NCBI GenBank assembly: GCA_963729715.1
Contig: CAVSPA010000007.1
Location: 256,001-320,000, forward strand
Source: an uncultured delta proteobacterium
Lineage (GTDB): Bacteria > Desulfobacterota > Syntrophia > Syntrophales > UBA2185
Length of the DNA: 64,000 nucleotides
Direction of reading: 5' to 3'
Both the position numbers and the translations under genes were made by a program. Of the stretch, positions 63,340 through 64,000 are shown in pieces (the first letter of the stretch is position 1; the number at the start of each line of letters is the position of its first letter). Under the pieces are notes generated by a model. The model had not been told where the DNA came from. It was given only the letters and a program-made list of their open reading frames with translations, and ran no database searches.

Positions 63340-63576
63340 ATGAAGCTCGAGGATAGAGTCATAGAGATTATAGTGCAGCGTCTGGATGTCACAAAGGAAG
63401 AATGCGTGCCGGAGGCAGCCTTTATAGATGATCTGGGAGCCGATTCCCTTGACTTGGTTGAACTGATCATGGAAATGGAAGAAAATTTTGGAATACAAAT
63501 CTCCGATGAAGAACTGGAAAAAATCCGCACGATAAAAGACGTAATCGAATTCCTCAAGAAAAAAGGGGTTACGTAA
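63340..63576 (+). CDS. acpP: Acyl carrier protein
   Basis: DDLGADSLD phosphopantetheine site. Confidence 0.95.
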   Translation: MKLEDRVIEIIVQRLDVTKEECVPEAAFIDDLGADSLDLVELIMEMEENFGIQISDEELEKIRTIKDVIEFLKKKGVT

Positions 63577-63607
63577 AATAAATACGCAGCGAAGGAAACA
63601 ACCCTCT

Positions 63608-64000
63608 TTGAAAAGAAGAATCGTTATAACCGGAATCGGTGCAGTCACGCCTCTTGGCAACTCTGCTCGCGATTCGTGGAAGGCAATCTGCGCCGGACAA
63701 TCCGGAATCGGGAGAATAACAAGATTCGATGCCTCGGGACATAGGACGCAGATTGCCGGGGAACTGAAGAACTTTGATCCCCTGAATTATGTGAGCAATA
63801 AAGAGCTTCGCAAGCTTGATAACTTCATTGTCTATGCCCTGGCAGCTGCCGGGATGGCTGTGTCGGATGCGAAACTGCGCATTAATGAAACGAATGCCCA
63901 GCGGGTGGGAGTAATCATCGGATCGGCAATCGGCGGCCTTGGGACCATGGAAAGAGAGAAAGATGCTTTACTCGCCGGTGGCCCCAGAAAGATCTCCCCT
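63608..64000 (+). CDS. fabF: Beta-ketoacyl-ACP synthase II (partial, runs off window)
   Basis: TTG start; KRRIVITGIGAVTPLG, SGIG.IT.FD, GVIIGSAIGG. Confidence 0.92.
   Translation, partial: MKRRIVITGIGAVTPLGNSARDSWKAICAGQSGIGRITRFDASGHRTQIAGELKNFDPLNYVSNKELRKLDNFIVYALAAAGMAVSDAKLRINETNAQRVGVIIGSAIGGLGTMEREKDALLAGGPRKISP

Overview
Chromosomal window from an anaerobic deltaproteobacterium, Syntrophales/Smithella-like by gene content (inference). 1-36.9 kb is mostly acyl-CoA metabolism: a divergent cluster at 2.4-16.4 kb (three acyl-CoA dehydrogenases, MaoC dehydratase, a non-canonical thiolase pair with a DUF35 partner, CoA transferase, an AbfD-like protein with altered active-site motifs, a BKACE enzyme, a FadH-like reductase), then Fe-S proteins, transporters and two acyl-CoA ligases. 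About 37.0-60.7 kb is an accessory island bounded by an intact tRNA-Glu(CTC) at 60721-60795 and a displaced 3' tRNA-Glu fragment with a different anticodon (TTC) at 36977-37022. No integrase is visible. The island carries IS256, IS21 and IS110 elements, several pseudogenes, an ars cluster truncated by a deletion, a MeaB / MBL-hydrolase / radical SAM / acyl-CoA mutase operon with an unusual specificity residue, and a Rep-like HTH protein. The IS110 non-coding end folds into two stem-loops whose loop segments match the element's own junctions (candidate bridge RNA) and is followed by a miniature tandem copy of that end. The 523-nt poly-A run is most likely a scaffold-gap artefact. The window ends in core genes (gltX, yceD, rpmF, acpP, partial fabF). 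All functional calls are by motif recognition only; no searches were run.
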